A DNA stretch of 9,792 bases from Octopus sinensis. Lineage: Eukaryota. The notes under the pieces were generated by a model. That model worked only from the letters and a program-made list of their open reading frames with translations. It was not told where the DNA came from and did no database searches. Of this stretch, positions 8,301 through 9,792 are shown piece by piece. The position numbers were made by a program, and so were the translations under genes. Numbering within the stretch: the first letter of the stretch is position 1; each line of letters starts with the position of its first letter. Location of the stretch: contig NW_021827833.1 in NCBI RefSeq assembly GCF_006345805.1, positions 1-9,792 of the forward strand. The letters are read 5' to 3'.

Positions 8301-8339
8301 AAGATACACACACAGATACACACGCACAGACACACACAC

Positions 8340-8377
<38 letters not shown>

Positions 8378-8384
8378 ATATTAT

Positions 8385-8470
8385 TATTAATAATAATAGT
8401 AGGGAATATAATTCAAAACTTACAGGGAAAAATTCAATTTAACAATTCTAAATCAAATTTCACAATATAT
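8385..8470 (-). mobile_element. Second diverged copy of the post-HHR segment of cassette B, with a GTAAGT motif
   Basis: TAGGGAATATAATTCAAAACTTACAGGGAAAAATT (8400-8434) vs TAGGGAATAAATCCAAATTTACAGGGAAAAATC (5894-5926). The minus strand reads CCCT|GTAAGT at 8423-8418. Confidence 0.7.
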
Positions 8471-8691
8471 AATATACGTATATAATCAAGAATCGAATTA
8501 ATTTTTAATAGTATCGATTTTATTATTATCAATTTAAAAATATAGTTACGAAACGCGCGTAGTCGATTTAATGTTTATTTAATTTAGTGATTTTTTTGAA
8601 ATAATATTTATTATATTTAAATTTTGTCTATATAATATGGATAATGTCTTTCACTATTGAATTACTTAATAGAGGTTATTTCTCTCAGTTT

Positions 8692-8753
8692 ACACACACA
8701 CACACACACACATATAATATATATATATGTGTGTTGGTGTGTGTGTATGTATG

Positions 8754-8815
<62 letters not shown>

Positions 8816-8845
8816 ATATATATATAGATATATACATACATATAC
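8692..8845. repeat. (CA)n/(TG)n/(TA)n compound microsatellite
   Basis: Direct reading. Confidence 0.95.
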
Positions 8846-9008
8846 AGGGAGCGTGAATAAATTGTAGTTTAAATTTCACAAAATGAAAATAATACTAACA
8901 TCTCATTTTAACATATATATTTACCAAAACAGCATAAAATATATTGAAATACTAAAGGGTAAATTCATTCAATAAAATCGTCATTTGCTTCAGCCACAGC
9001 CTCCAGAC

Positions 9009-9068
9009 GAACCAGGATCCATATGGTTGTGAGCAAGCCACTAACCACAAAGCCACTCCTGCGCCTAT
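9009..9068 (-). mobile_element. 5' (tRNA-like head) fragment of the same SINE
   Basis: GAACCAGGATCCATATGGTTGTGAGCAAGCCACTAACCACAAAGCCACTCCTGCGCCTAT aligns to 7331-7391. Confidence 0.8.
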
Positions 9069-9381
9069 AACTTCGTCAAAATATTTAGCTTGATTAGTGC
9101 TACACCGCTCCAAAATTTTATGTTTTAATTATAAAACTTTTTCTCAAGAAAAGTACATAGCGAATTTTCTTTGAATTCTTCAATTATAAGAAATCGTCAA
9201 CCTTTCGGGGGCGTTTTTAAATTTTGAAGTTCCTCGTTTCTGATTTTCTGGCTCCTTTAATTCAATTTGATCGATTGAAAACAATTCAAGCGACTACTAG
9301 CCCAATTGGGATTTCGAAGTTACGGCTTAGCACTTAACAAGAAACTCTAAACACTCGAGTCACTAACAGGTGTGACTGTGA

Positions 9382-9792
9382 ATGTGTGTGTGTGTTTTAT
9401 GTATGTGCGTATGTCTGTGTGTACGTGTGTACCCGTGCGTGAGTTTGTGTATGTGTGTGAGTGTGTGTGTGTTTGTGTGTGTATTCGCTTGTGTGTGTTC
9501 GCGTATGTTTGTATGTGTATGTGTGTGTGTCCGCTTATGTGTGTCTGAATTTATGTATGAGTGTGCGTGTGTGTGTTTGTGTATGAGTTTGTGTGTATGA
9601 GTATGTGTGTATGAGTGTGTGTGTGTGTATGACTGTGTACGTGTTCATTTGTGTGTGCCTGTGTGTGTATTCGGGTATGTTTGTGTGTGTATGTGTGTGT
9701 GCGTGTGAGTGTGTGTATGACTCTGTGTGTGTTCCTAGTGTGTGCCTATGTGTGTGTTCGGGTATGTTTGTGTGTATGTGTGTGTGTTCGCT
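9382..9792. repeat. Degenerate (GT)n array with higher-order ~87-bp units; runs off the window end
   Basis: Direct reading; TTCGGGTATGTTTGTGTGT at 9670-9688 and 9757-9775. Confidence 0.93.

Noticed and set aside
9070-9370. Unique segment with small palindromes (CCCAATTGGG) and a short open minus-strand stretch ELFSIDQIELKEPENQK
   Set aside because: No start, splice signals or homology that I can support; left unannotated.

Overview
AT-rich, microsatellite-saturated eukaryotic non-coding DNA. The repeat families look like those I recall from Octopus genomes; this taxon call is recognition, not a search result. No host protein-coding gene can be supported, and nearly all listed ORFs are translated (TA)n/(TG)n/(GGT)n/(GATA)n tracts. 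The interpretable content is: (1) a decayed Penelope-like retroelement (PLE) RT + C-terminal GIY-YIG reading frame on + (~3790-5560), with a Neptune-type Cys linker; (2) directly downstream, a mosaic of short unrelated non-coding cassettes, each bounded by microsatellite and each carrying a minimal type I hammerhead ribozyme (HHR) motif with a palindromic stem III; and (3) one near-full-length and two partial copies of a tRNA-derived SINE on the minus strand. The HHR cassettes include a hammerhead whose domain II is a 55-nt hairpin (5707-5790, -), a spacerless ~340-bp palindrome with one HHR on each strand (5964-6304), two degenerate motifs (6385-6438, 6743-6777), a further candidate (7821-7861, -) and a half-motif (8550-8561). 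PLE-borne minimal hammerheads are a known class. The long-domain-II variant, the back-to-back pair, the possible cis pairing of two different hammerheads and the clustering of several families in microsatellites are the points worth checking. All folds were derived by eye and no activity is demonstrated.
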